A stretch of 63,971 nt of DNA, counting the filler, from Octopus bimaculoides (Eukaryota): NCBI RefSeq assembly GCF_001194135.2. It is 6 parts of 6 records of this genome, joined end to end, with 100 filler letters (N's around TTAATTAATTAA, not from the genome) between each part and the next. Parts side by side here need not be neighbours in the genome. Positions count along the whole stretch, not along the records: positions 9,777 to 27,069 come from NC_069008.1; 5 more parts are not named here. The stretch is one strand, 5' to 3'. Made by a program: the position numbers and the translations under genes. The stretch's first letter is position 1. Each line of letters begins with the position of its first letter. Of this stretch, positions 12,640 to 24,867 are shown piece by piece. Under the pieces are notes generated by a model. That model was not told where the DNA came from. It searched no databases and saw only the letters and a list, made by a program, of their open reading frames with translations.

Positions 12640-12978
12640 ATTAATCAGTTGAGGAGAACAGAGGTTTATACATCCAAGTTTTAATGCAGCTATTTACATC
12701 TTTTCATTTCATACCTACATATGTTTCTGCAGCAAGTCATTGATTGCACACTGCAAACTTTGCAGCTGGTTGCATTTTGTTGTTAATCACTGCTGCCACT
12801 TCTTCAGGGCACAAAGAAGAAGTGGCAGCAAAAATTAACACCAAAATGCACACCAGATGCAAAATGTGGAGTGTGTGCTGACTTGCTGCAAAAACATATG
12901 TCAGTACGAAATAAAAATATGTAAATAACTGCATTAAAACCTCGATATATAAATCTGTCTTCTCCTTAATTGATTAAT
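12640..12978. repeat. Foldback palindrome, about 165 bp arms (roughly 80% identical), 10 nt loop at 12806-12815
   Basis: TGCTGCCACTTCTTC/GAAGAAGTGGCAGCA at the centre; arms align out to ATTAATCA/TGATTAAT. Confidence 0.88.
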
Positions 12979-13223
12979 TTATGATTCCTTATCTACCGAC
13001 AACATGCAGTCTCTATAGAGATATATGGATTTACTGATGTGAAGATCTACTGAGGATAGTAAAATAAACTAACTGGAGTTTATATACACTCACTGAGGTT
13101 AGCCAGCATTATTAACCAGTAAAAACAAATATGGTACCTGCTAGGATTATATATCCTTATTAACTAATTTTGGAAATTTACCTTTAATAGCCCTCATATA
13201 TATATATATATATATATGCATAT

Positions 13224-13313
13224 ATATAGGAAAATGTGTTGTTGAAAATGCACCTAAATTTCAAACGAGTTTTTGAAATTTAGGTGCATTTTCAACAACA
13301 CATTTTCCTATAT
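13224..13313. repeat. Perfect 42 bp inverted repeat with 6 nt loop (miniature palindromic MITE-like)
   Basis: 13224-13265 is the exact reverse complement of 13272-13313; loop CGAGTT; TA-rich flanks. Confidence 0.92.
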
Positions 13314-13394
13314 TTTTTCCTGTGTGGAAACACCACCCCTTCTTTTGTTATATATATATATATGTATATATACATATATATGTATATATAAATA

Positions 13395-14629
13395 CAGGGT
13401 GTCCCAAAATTAAGACAATCGACTTTTTTCAATTTTGCCAAAATAAAATATTGTTTTATTAAAGTCCCAGCATTGCAATGCAATGATAAATGAAATACAA
13501 TTATGACACTACCACATTTATTGAATCACAGCCTAGGTGAAAATGCTTCACATGCAGCATGCAGCTGTTCTTGCAGAATCAAAGCCCATTCCTGGTGCAG
13601 TTTTGCATTTAGAGCATCAAACAAAGCATGAGAAGTGCTCGAGACACTCGTCTTCAAAATGGACCAAACAGAAAAATCCAACAAATTGAGATTAGGATTT
13701 CTTGACGGACAAACATCCTTGACTATGAATGTTTTTCTGAATCCAGTGTTGTATCTGTTTGGACCTATGGGATAGTGCTGAGTCCTGTTGGAGGCTCCAA
13801 AGTGCATCTTTAAAGCACTCATTCACCCATGGAAGCAGTTCAGCTTCCTGAATGTCAGTAATGCATCACTGGGTGTTCATTTTAACACCTGAGGGCACAA
13901 AAACTAGAGGAGACCTTCCAGTGGTTGTCACAGCCACCCAAACCAAAACTGACTCTGGATTTTGGCGTTGATTTATGAGTTTATCCTCGACAGAGCCAGA
14001 TACACTTCAAAGTTAGTCATTCTGGTGGTTTACTTGCCTATTTGATGTCAAATTTCTTTTCATCAGTGAACACCAGGCTGGGCAACATGCCTTCAGCAAT
14101 CTGACACAGGATAAGATGACTTCTCTCCAGTCTCTTGGCCTTATAAACTTACATGAACTCATGATGGTGGATGATGTAGGGGTGAGTCCTGAGATCCTCC
14201 TTCAGCACTCAATACATCGATGTTCAGTTTATTTTTGCTGTGGTAGCCGTTTTTCTGACAGAATGACAAGGATTTTGTTGTATCTTTTCTCTGGTACTTT
14301 CGATAAGCCGAGAGGTTTTCATACTTCTTTTCCAGCCATGTCCAACAGGTCGATCAGCAGTGGAACCAGTCTCTTGAAATTTCTTGACAATTTTCCAAAC
14401 TATTGTTTGGTTAATTTTAAGCTTTTTTTGCTATAATTGTATTACTTTTGCCTCTTTTGTATTTCGGTCTATAGCCATCATCTAATTTATAAACCTAAAT
14501 TTATTTAGTCTGAAACAAAAAGGAGACACACTAGGCTTTTATAATATTGTATAATTTTCATACTTTATCACATTTATTGATAATTATTAAAACCTGAAAC
14601 TTTGGTTGCCTTAATTTTGGGACACCCTG
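13395..14629 (-). mobile_element. Full-length but inactivated Tc1/mariner element (maT/DD37D-like)
   Basis: TIRs CAGGGTGTCCCAAAATTAAG at both ends, TA duplication on both sides. Minus-strand remnants SVLVWVAVTTTGRSPLVFV, QQDSALSH and PSRNPNLNLLDFSVWSIL, with stops and frameshifts. Confidence 0.92.
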
Positions 14630-14704
14630 TATATTTATATTTATAGTCTTATATTCTTTTATATGTTTCAGCCCAAAAACTGTGGCCATGCTGAATCACC
14701 ACCA

Positions 14705-15340
14705 GTGCAATCAGATTTCCCATATGAGATTATGAAAAACCAAAAACAGTTCAGGTATACCCAAAACTATAACCTTAATCACTACACACAACCAAAGAAA
14801 CAGAAATATTCAGTGTAATCCATCAGAACATAGCTTTATTGAGCCAAGACCCATAAATGAAAAAAAGCACTTGAATCATATAAAATAATCAAATGTAAAA
14901 GACGACCAAAATCCCTAAAAGACTACTTACCAATGCGAAACTACCAATTGCAAACTCAATCCAACAGCTAAAAAGTGTGACTGATCTAATTTGTGTAAAC
15001 CTTATTGAGAACACAACTTTTAAATTTAAACTGAGACAAGTCTTTAGTGTGAAAAATCATTTTACTTGTTCTTCAAAAAATTTAATATATGTCATCAAAT
15101 GTAATGGCTGCAGAGAAGTTTAAATTGGACAAACTAAACTCTCTTTAAGAATGAGACTAATAATTCATCATCAACAAATGCAAGATCCTAGGACTAGACA
15201 AATTCCACTTAATGAACATCTAAACACATGCACAAAAACCATAACTCTCAACTTATTTATCTTCACATTCTAACAACATGCACACAATACCACGGATCTA
15301 AAAAGAATAAATAAGGAAAATTCATTTAATTAAAAAATAC
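14705..15340 (+). mobile_element. Penelope-like element remnant, GIY-YIG endonuclease region
   Basis: 15061-15240 reads FTCSSKNLIYVIKCNGCREV*IGQTKLSLRMRLIIHHQQMQDPRTRQIPLNEHLNTC. Confidence 0.85.
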
Positions 15341-16195
15341 AAGCCATGGATGAAAAAGCCATAAAAACATCAATAATTCACAGTTCGCCTTTTCCTATGA
15401 ATTAATTATTGTAAAAATATATTATGTATATCTACTTGTGCTTGTTCTTAAGGAAACCATAATACATATAGCAGCTATCACCTATCTTATTTATTCCACT
15501 CATTATCTAAGTTACACAACACATTCTTAGCAAAAGAAGGGATATGTTTTAACATATTTAATGGATGGGAACTAATACTAATTGATAACATTATTCTTCA
15601 GTAGAATAATAAACAACACTTATATGTTTTTTTTTATTAAAGTCAAGTTTCAGTTTTTATTACTCCTGACATAAAATGAGTGATAAAACACAGCAAAATA
15701 AGTATTACTTATTCATATCTCTCTTTTATAATTGTCATATGACATGTTCAATGGAGAAAAACTTTTGTGACCTTCTCATACAACTGTCAAATGACCTTAA
15801 CACATGAATGTTAACCAATCAATTTGTACGTTAACACAGCGTTCTGAGCCATATTCTTTCTTTAAAAACAAGCAGTTTCTATAGCAGCAACTAAATAAGA
15901 CATAATTTCTGACACAGATCCATACAGTATACAATTTTGAAAATCTAATGTGAAACCAGTTGAGTGTGTGTAGATATATATAGATGTGTGTGTGTGTGTG
16001 TGTTTATATATATACATATATATAGTGAGAAATGGAGATTATGAGAGGTAATGGTGTCAGTAAGACCCAAAGGTGTCAGGTAATGCTGAGTAAGTGCTAT
16101 GGATAGACCACAGTTAAGCTCCAGGTTCGGTGATTATGCAAATAAGGAGTCCAACGTAGGTCATATATCAGCGTGTGTATATATAAAAAAATATC

Positions 16196-16237
<42 letters not shown>

Positions 16238-16811
16238 CACACATACATATATATNNNNNNNNNNNNNNNNNNNNNNNNNNNNNNNNNNNNNNNNNNNNNN
16301 NNNNNNNNNNNNNNNNNNNNNNNNNNNNNNNNNNNNNNNNNNNNNNNNNNNNNNNNNNNNNNNNNNNNNNNNNNNNNNNNNNNNNNNNNNNNNNNNNNNN
16401 NNNNNNATATGTATGTATTCATATACACACGCACATATATATACATATAGATATATGTACATATATGCATATATAATATAACAAGATTCAGTTGCATAAG
16501 GTACTTAAAGGTGAGGCACCTAGTTAGGTTGCTTGTTCAACAATTATAGATGAATACCAGCCTTGGTACAGAAGTACTGGCAGAATGATATTCGATTAAT
16601 GTATGCAGTTAATTGGACCCAACCAAGTATATAATCCACTCTTGAGCTATTCAGACATGTACATTTTAATTAAATATACAGTCAATAACATACTTTGGAA
16701 TATGCAAGGGGCAGGTTCCAAGAGAGGTTAATTAAAAATAAATGAGTTACTTCATTACAGCTGTTTCTAACAATTTTTTTAATTGATCAATGAATACATT
16801 ATATCATAATA

Positions 16812-16996
16812 AAAAACTGTTTTCTTCAGATGAATACATGAATTTTACAATCAAAAACATTTAAAAAAACTTTATAATCCATGGCCCATACACATTTGGT
16901 AATTTCACGACTGGCTCATGCAGCAGAAATTTCAAAAAAATTTTAAAATCTCCTTCATTGTAAAATTCATGTATTCATCTCATGGAAACAGTTTTT
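16812..16996. mobile_element. Small MITE with about 38 bp TIRs (AAACTGTTTT..AGATGAATACATGAATTTTACAAT)
   Basis: Arms align with about 3 mismatches. Confidence 0.7.
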
Positions 16997-17337
16997 CATT
17001 TCACAACCAATGTTGGTGTGTTTATGTCCCTGTAACTTAGCGGTTTGGCAAAAGAGACTGATAGAATAAGTGCTAGGATTACAAAGAATAAGTACAGGGG
17101 TCGATTTGCTTGACTAAAGGCGGTGCTCTAGCATGGCCACAGTCAAATCACTGAAACAAATAAAAGAAAAAAAAATAAAAGAATATAATGTACTAATTGA
17201 TCAATTAAAAAATTCATTAGAAACGGCTGTAATGAACTGGCACCTGTCAATCAATTGTCATTTATTTTATATGCATGTATATGTATGTATATACATACAT
17301 ACATGCACACACTCTCTCACACACACACTCACACACC

Positions 17338-17386
<49 letters not shown>

Positions 17387-17404
17387 AAAGATAAAATCTA
17401 AGAA

Positions 17405-17526
17405 TCAAGGTGTAGGAAGTAAGTGAGCTTCAAGCAGTCTGTAGAAGATATGAACAACTTTCAGGAATAATAACGGTTTATTGGCGCAGAAGGTTGTGAA
17501 TTTTTCCTGTATCAAAGTACAATAAG
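17405..17526 (-). CDS. Weak candidate terminal exon (phase 1: YCTLIQEKFTTFCANKPLLFLKVVHIFYRLLEAHLLPTP*)
   Basis: Acceptor AATTTTTTTCAG|CTTATT followed by an open frame in unique sequence. No homology recognised. Confidence 0.25.
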
Positions 17527-17589
17527 CTGAAAAAAATTGATTTCATCACTCACAGTTAGCAACAGGGGTTGTTGTATATGCAAATAAAC

Positions 17590-17699
17590 ATTCAAAAATT
17601 AGGGAATATCGTAGATAAAATGCAGGCTACATATGTTTCTAACTATGAAATATATGTAGCCTCCTGGATTTTATCTACTCCATTCCCTAATTTTTGAAT
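17590..17699. repeat. Imperfect hairpin, about 50 bp arms (ATTCAAAAATTAGGGAAT...GTAGATAAAAT...GGCTACATAT)
   Basis: Direct alignment of the left arm with the reverse complement of the right arm; short loop. Confidence 0.8.
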
Positions 17700-17711
17700 A
17701 TATATATATTC

Positions 17712-17900
17712 GCCATGATAGATTGCTAACCACTACACATTTTTTTTCTCTCCTTGTTTCTTTCTGTGTTCCTTTCTGTAGAAAAGCGTAGGCTCGAAAC
17801 GTTAAAGACTTTCTCTTTTTCCCAAGCGTTATACTAATACATCTATTTGTTTTCTACACCATCTATCTTCGTCTGTTGTTTTTTTTTGTGAATTCTCCCT
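17712..17900 (+). mobile_element. Penelope-like terminal-repeat fragment with hammerhead-like motif
   Basis: CTTT-CTGTAGA-AAAG-CGTAGG-CTC-GAAACGTT-AAAG at 17772-17807. Related copies at 25240-25420(-), 37105-37235(+), 43160-43300(+), 44900-45075(-). Confidence 0.65.
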
Positions 17901-17916
17901 ATATATATATATATTT

Positions 17917-18000
17917 ACTAGCAGAAATATCCATCGTTGCCTGGATTAAAGAAAATAATGAAATTCGAAAATGCCTTTTAGATCTCTAACATGACACATG
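17917..18000 (-). mobile_element. Helitron-like 3' terminus (minus strand ...ATTTCTGCTAG|T)
   Basis: CTAG end preceded by a decayed GC-rich hairpin-like stretch; inserted in a TA run. Confidence 0.4.
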
Positions 18001-19149
18001 GATTATGCAGTTCTCAACAGTAATTAGCAGAGGTACAAACTATTAATGTCAATAACACATTTTGTCCAATGTTCTCACTGTTAAAATTGTTAAAAAAAAA
18101 ACAGGTAGTTCTTTGTCTTTGCAATCACCTTTAATTGTCAGTACTTATTTGAAACACATTGAACCTGAAAATGCATAAACTTGAGAAGAACCAGCCTGCA
18201 GGCACTCCTCTCCTGTTAAAAAGTACATCAACTCCATGCAAAATACATTTAAATGAGCATTCATTATAACAGCATTCCCACATGCATTCATTTCAAGTTA
18301 TTTCGATGTTACACTCGCTTGCCCTAAGCCTTATTGCACACAAATGGAGAAAACGTTCACTGCGTATATATCGATCGCTGTACGCCAGCGTCTAACAGCT
18401 TTGGCTTTTTAATGCACAAAAAATTGAAATTATTTTTTTTCTNNNNNNNNNNNNNNNNNNNNNNNNNNNNNNNNNNNNNNNNNNNNNNNNNNNNNNNNNN
18501 NNNNNNNNNNNNNNNNNNNNNNNNNNNNNNNNNNNNNNNNNNNNNNNNNNNNNNNNNNNNNNNNNNNNNNNNNNNNNNNNNNNNNNNNNNNNNNNNNNNN
18601 NNNNNNNNNNNNNNNNNNNNNNNNNNNNNNNNNNNNNNNNNNNNNNNNNNNNNNNNNNNNNNNNNNNNNNNNNNNNNNNNNNNNNNNNNNNNNNNNNNNN
18701 NNNNNNNNNNNNNNNNNNNNNNNNNNNNNNNNNNNNNNNNNNNNNNNNNNNNNNNNNNNNNNNNNNNNNNNNNNNNNNNNNNNNNNNNNNNNNNNNNNNN
18801 NNNNNNNNNNNNNNNNNNNNNNNNNNNNNNNNNNNNNNNNNNNNNNNNNNNNNNNNNNNNNNNNNNNNNNNNNNNNNNNNNNNNNNNNNNNNNNNNNNNN
18901 NNNNNNNNNNNNNNNNNNNNNNNNNNNNNNNNNNNNNNNNNNNNNNNNNNNNNNNNNNNNNNNNNNNNNNNNNNNNNNNNNNNNNNNNNNNNNNNNNNNN
19001 NNNNNNNNNNNNNNNNNNNNNNNNNNNNNNNNNNNNNNNNNNNNNNNNNNNNNNNNNNNNNNNNNNNNNNNNNNNNNNNNNNNNNNNNNNNNNNNNNNNN
19101 NNNNNNNNNNNNNNNNNNNNNNNNNNNNNNNNNNNNNNNNNNNNNNNNN

Positions 19150-19185
<36 letters not shown>

Positions 19186-19293
19186 TACATACACAATGAC
19201 GTATGCATATACACACACACACATATATACAGACTTCATTTTTGTATCTGGTTTGCAAGTTTCTTTATGTGAATTTGTGTCTCAAAACAAATT

Positions 19294-19551
19294 TTGTTGT
19301 GTCTGGGGAGAATCATATTATCTTAATGCTTTAGTATCTAACACACTCACCAGTTCAATTTCCATTCATTTATTTTCATTGATTTTGCAACCTTGTCAAT
19401 GGATATTATCAATGTCAATGGATGTCAGCATTCATTAACAAAAGCAACAAAAATTTGGGAAAGGAAAAAAATATGAATAATAAATGAGTGGAAATTGAAC
19501 CAGTGAGTGTGTTAGATATTAAGGCAGTATAACTCCCTCCAGACACAACAA
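19294..19551. repeat. Inverted repeat element, about 85 bp arms, about 90 bp spacer
   Basis: TTGTTGTGTCTGG...TATCTAACACACTCAC.GGTTCAATTTCCA.TCATTTATT is present in both orientations. Confidence 0.8.
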
Positions 19552-19714
19552 TATATGAATATATATATATATATATATANNNNNNNNNNNNNNNNNNNNN
19601 NNNNNNNNNNNNNNNNNNNNNNNNNNNNNNNNNNNNNNNNNNNNNNNNNNNNNNNNNNNNNNNNNNNNNNNNNNNNNNNNNNNNNNNNNNNNNNNNNNNN
19701 NNNNNNNNNNNNNN

Positions 19715-19771
<57 letters not shown>

Positions 19772-20225
19772 CGAGGGTGAGGCAAAAAGTAATGTCATTT
19801 TGTTTAGGACAGGTATAATTACCAACACAGGAACATGTATCATACATCAAAATGAAGCTGGTCCTCTGTGGATCACATCCCTACTTCTCAACATAGTCAC
19901 TGTTTCTCTCAATAGCAATGTTCCACCTTCGAACGAGAGCATGTATCCCTGCCCCATAAAATTCTGTTGACTGTTCCTTGAGCCATTTCTTCACTACCTC
20001 CACACTCACCAGATTTAGTGTCTTCAGACAATCATCTCTTCGGCCCCATGAAAGAGGGTTTGAGAGGCAAACATTATGCCAGTGACGAAGAAGTGAAAAC
20101 TGTAGTGAAGAAGTAGGAATGTGATCCACAGAGGACCAGCTTCATTTTGATGTATGATACATGTTCCTGTGTTGGTAATTATACCTGTCCTAAACAAAAT
20201 GGCATTACTTTTTGACTCACCCTCA
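19772..20225. mobile_element. Non-autonomous mariner derivative built from two inverted 3' ends (117 bp near-identical arms), TA-flanked
   Basis: Plus strand carries HSPDL..DNHLFGPMKEGLRGKHYASDEEVKTVVKK; minus strand carries VVKKWLKEQSTEFYGAGIHALVRRWNIAIERNSDYVEK*. Confidence 0.88.
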
Positions 20226-22348
20226 TATATACATATATGCATTCATATATACATACATGTATATACATATATATGCACACATACACATAAATACATACAC
20301 ACATAAGCATATAGATAAATAGATAAGATATTGATATAGCTATAAATATATAGATGATTACCATCTCAATTAATCTACATCATCTTGATAACTTCCTTAC
20401 ATTTGTGTGCTCGGAGCTAACTCTTAATCCCAGTAGCTGACCTTGAAGCCTCACCCTCAGAGTGAGAGGAAGATTGTATGATGTTTGTATACTAACAGCT
20501 ATGCTACATGGCAGTGAGACATGGGCTGTGACCATAGGGGACATACAAAGGCTTAAAAGAAATGAAGCCAGCACGCTCTGCTGGATGGGTAATGTTAGTG
20601 TGCTTATAAAATAATGCATAAATGGTTTGAGAGAGAAACTGGGTTTCAGAGGCACCAGATGTTGTGCGCAAGAGAAGAAGACTGCACTGGTTTGGTCATG
20701 TGAAGCATATGGATGTGGACAACTGCATAAGGAAGGGCCGATCACTAAGTATTGATGGTACTTGTGGAAAAGGGAGGACCAGGTAAACATGGGGCGAAGG
20801 GGCAAAATATTATCTTCAGAGGTTGAGCTCCGCTGAAACGAATGACAATTTACTGTGCTTGAGAAGACCTGTTCATCAAAGTAAAAAGGAAGTTCTAAAG
20901 ACGTGTCATTAATATCTATGCCCCTGTAGACAATCCATCGCAGACGAATTTCCCTAACAAACCATTTTCCTTATGTCTCCATCCCCTCAAGACATATCTT
21001 CACCACTCACTGTATTCCCCTGCTCCTCCTCTCTATCTCCCACTCCCCTTTTTCACTATCACCAACTTCCTGCCCACTCACCCTCTCCAATCCTCTGTAC
21101 CACTTACATTCACCACTTGACTGTACTTCACTGATATATACGTCATACTCTCTTCATTCTTTTACTTGTTTCAGTCATTTGACTGTGGCCATGCTGGAGC
21201 ACCACCTTTAGTCGAGCAAATAGACTAGTACTTATTCTATCGGCCTCTTTTTGCCGAACCACTAAGTTACAGGGACGTAAACACACCAGCATCGGTTGTC
21301 AAGCGATGTTGGGGGGACAAACACAAACACACAAACATATACACACACACATATATAGATATACATATATATGACGGGCTTCTTTCAGTTTCTGTCTACC
21401 AAATCCACTCACAAGGCTTTGGTCAGCCCGAGGCTATAGTAGAAGACACTTGCCCAAGGTGCCATGCAGTGGGACTGAACCCGGAACCATGTGCTTCATA
21501 AACAAGTTACTTACTACACAGCCACTCCTATGTCATAATCATCTCTCTTTCTGTTTTTCTCCCCATTCTCTCTCTTCCATCTGGAGTAGCCATTTATCAT
21601 CTCTAAAAGAGGTCACTTGTTCCTATCCCTCTATTCTACTTTAACCTCTCTTCAACAGATACAAAACCACCTCCATCAATACTATTCACCCCCTCTCAGT
21701 TGAGATGTCTTTATCTTCCAAGTTACTCGGTCATCTCATTAGTACTGATTCCACATAAGCTGTACCCAGTACACCTTGTAAAGTGCTTGGCATTAAGAAG
21801 GGAATCCAGCCATAGAAACCATACCATAGCAGACATTAGAGCTTGGTGCAGTCCTCTGACTTGACAGCTCCTGTTAAACCATTCAACCTATGAATATTTC
21901 ACGGAATTAATGGTAAACCTATTGGGTTATTTCTTAAAACTCTATTCAAAAAAACCTGAAAGTGTAGCCTGTGTTGTGCTTGTATCAAAAGATAGTTGCT
22001 CATCTGCTGCTTATTGAAAAGTGAAGGAAATTGGAATACGATGATTACTTAATGCACCTTATATATATATATATATATATACAGTTTATATACTTTATGC
22101 ACAACTTTATAGATTTAATACACAGCGCTCATAAAATAAATATTCATTCTTACTTCCCCATTTTTTACATTAACAAAAAATAAATTACATGGTCACAATT
22201 TCACGGAGGTAAAAATTTAATGTAACCAGGCATACTCTGAAACTACATTGTTAGTAACATATAAGCCAAGATGATGGGACAGAGCCAATACACATTTCAA
22301 TTTGCATACACAATCTACTCCACCACCAGCACCACTACCACCATCATC

Positions 22349-22389
<41 letters not shown>

Positions 22390-22499
22390 GTCTTTCTTAA
22401 CCTCACCATCAGAACATCACCCCTCCGCTAAAATATTTTTAACTCTCTTCCTCTATATCATCACGACCTTCAACTAACTTTTTTAACCATACAATAAAT

Positions 22500-22760
22500 A
22501 TTATATTCCTCCTACCTCACATCATGGACACTTCTCTCTCCCTCTTTTTCTCTCTCTGTCTTTTCTCTTTCCATCTTTTCCCTCTCCATCTTTTTCTCTC
22601 TCCTTCATTTTTCTACCTCTTGTTCTCTCTTTTCTTTCAACTAATCCTGCAAAAGCATTACAATTACATTTCCTCTACCTCACATCATGAACACCTCTCT
22701 CTCCCTCTTTTTCTCTCTCTGTCTTTTTCTCTCACTCTTCGCCTTTTCCTTCAACTAGTC
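22500..22760. repeat. Imperfect tandem duplication of a pyrimidine-rich unit of about 160 bp (CTACCTCACATCATG.ACAC.TCTCTCTCCCTC)
   Basis: The unit recurs near 22508 and 22674. Confidence 0.7.
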
Positions 22761-22942
22761 ATGGGAAAACATTATGGACAGGCAAAGTAATGTACAAACA
22801 AGCAGAATTATTATAAGATGAGTAGTTCTGTCACACTTCCAATTTCTAGGCAGGCTTCACAAAGGAACTCCATGTATCAAACATCTCATTATATTTTGAT
22901 TTTATATGTTGTGCCTAACATGTGTCCATTTATATTTCTAAG

Positions 22943-23049
22943 ACATCATGGCCACTTTCAATGATATAACTCTGTCAGACAAAGAAGATCATTTAAACAA
23001 AACTCTTACAGTTGCTCAACTTGTTATGTTAATGATGAATTCTCATGAG
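22943..23049 (+). CDS. Weak candidate exon (IMATFNDITLSDKEDHLNKTLTVAQLVMLMMNSHE)
   Basis: Acceptor TTATATTTCTAAG|ACATC, weak donor GAG|GTTACA, open frame in unique sequence. No homology recognised. Confidence 0.22.
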
Positions 23050-23133
23050 GTTACACATTTACACAATGATTTAAAACCAGCTCCTAAATCTTGCTGCTTT
23101 TCTCCATTTCATGAAATGTTTATTTGAAAAGAG

Positions 23134-23745
23134 GGATCTTTTTTAAAATGGGGGCCACATTTTTCATTAACGAAACACTTTGAAACTTGGAACACTGGTA
23201 GAATGTGTCATATAAAACATCTTTTTCTCTTAGTCTTCTTTAAAAAAAAAAGAAATCCCTAAGTTATTCCATGTTAAAGTTGTCGTATTTCTGTAATTTC
23301 AACCAATCACCGACGTCCATTCAGCCGATATACATTAAGTGCCGACTACATAAACAAACGATTCTGAAACAATTCTATCGGTGATAGGGTTAGGGTTAGG
23401 GTTGGGGTTAGGGTAAAACAGCAAATTTAAAAAGAAAAAAGCAAATAAAACGAAGAAGAAAAAAAGAAAATGAAAAAAGCAAATTTAAAATGAAAAAAGC
23501 AAATAAAACAAAGCTATGGCTTAATCAGCCAAAGGAGTAAATATAAACAACTGAATACTTGTCAGTGATTGGTTGAAATTATCGAAATAAGACAATTTTT
23601 TACATGAAATAAATTCGAATACAAAAATATTTTTCTGTTCTATAACACAAAATAGATAAGTATACGAAGTTTGAAAGTCTTTCCGTACCAAAAACACTAC
23701 GTAAAACATTAATGAAAAATGTGGGCCCCGTTTTAAAAAAGATCC
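23134..23745. mobile_element. MITE with about 36 bp TIRs (GGATCTTTTTTAAAAYGGGG..CACATTTTTCATTAA) and internal telomere-like TTAGGG array
   Basis: TIRs read directly; GGGTTAGGGTTAGGGTTGGGGTTAGGG near 23385-23413. A relative lies at 32772-33406 in the opposite orientation. Confidence 0.85.
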
Positions 23746-23789
23746 GAAAAGAGACTGAATGCAACTGTCCACTCACTGAAGGAGAGGAT

Positions 23790-24600
23790 AGTTGCAGAGA
23801 CAAATTCAGGTCTTGCAGTATCAATAAAAATGGTTATTAATGAATGAAAAGTGAAGGCAGCAGAACATAGTCTGAACGGTCTTCATCCGGTGTTGCAGAT
23901 TTATGAAGAGGCAGGGACTGGCAACGAGAATGAAAACAAGAACAGCACAAAAAATGCCTGAAGATTATGATTACAAAATAACTGAATTTCACAGGTTCAT
24001 ATTCAGTGCTTGAAAAGAGGCTGACAACGAATTGGGTCAGATCGGAAACATGGATGAGGTGTCATTAATGTTTGATGTGGTATCAAATTGAACATTGGAT
24101 GTTAAAGGGTCCTAAACCATAAGTGTAAAGACATCTGGACATGAGAAAACCCATTCTACTGCGGAACTATTGTGTTGTACTGATGGAACAAAACTGCCAC
24201 CACTGTTTACCAAACACTTTACCAAAGACAAAATGCCACGTGGAATTTTTGTTCACATCCATCCAAAGGGGTGGATGGATGAAGAGGGAGTGAAGTTATG
24301 GCTAGATAAGGTCTGGTCAAGGCATTCTGGTGGTCTCCTTAAAAAAAACATCCCTTCTTGTGTGGGGCCAGTTTCATGCCCACAAAAGAAAGGCCATTAA
24401 AGAAAGGGTGCACAAATTGAAAATGAAAACGGCAGTGATCTCTGGTGGTTTAATAAGCCAATTACAACTACTGGACATATTAATCAGCAATCCTTTTAAG
24501 GCATTTAAGAAAGAAGATTGGAATCAGTGGATGAGAGCCACAAACCATGACCTAACATCAACGGGGCGTTTGAAAGGCCAACGAGTGGGTCCTGAGATCA
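23790..24600 (+). mobile_element. pogo/Tigger (CENP-B-related DDE_1) transposase remnant
   Basis: IGNMDEV..MFD, KTSGHEKTH, DGTKLPPL, KGWMDEEGVKLWLDKVW, GGLISQLQLLDILISNPFK, with stops and frameshifts. Confidence 0.9.
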
Positions 24601-24867
24601 TGGAACCCTGTGAAAATTGAAGGAGCACTCTTTTACTCTTTTACACGTTTCAGTCATTTGACTGTAGTCATGCTGGAGCACCTCCTTTAGTCAAAGAAAT
24701 CGACCCCAGGACTTATTCTTTGTAAACCTAGTACTTATCCTATTGGTCCCTTTTGCTAAACTGGTAAATTTTGGGGATATAAACACACCAACAGCAGTTG
24801 TCAAGCGATGGTGGGGGTGGACAAACAGAGACACAAAGACACACACATAAATATACATACATATTTA

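Noticed and set aside
21950-22003. Chain of minus-strand phase-1 exons 22003-21950, 18217-18170 and 17526-17405
   Set aside because: The frames are compatible, but the supposed donors (TTTCAG|GTT) look more like acceptors and the peptide is unrecognisable. Not supportable.
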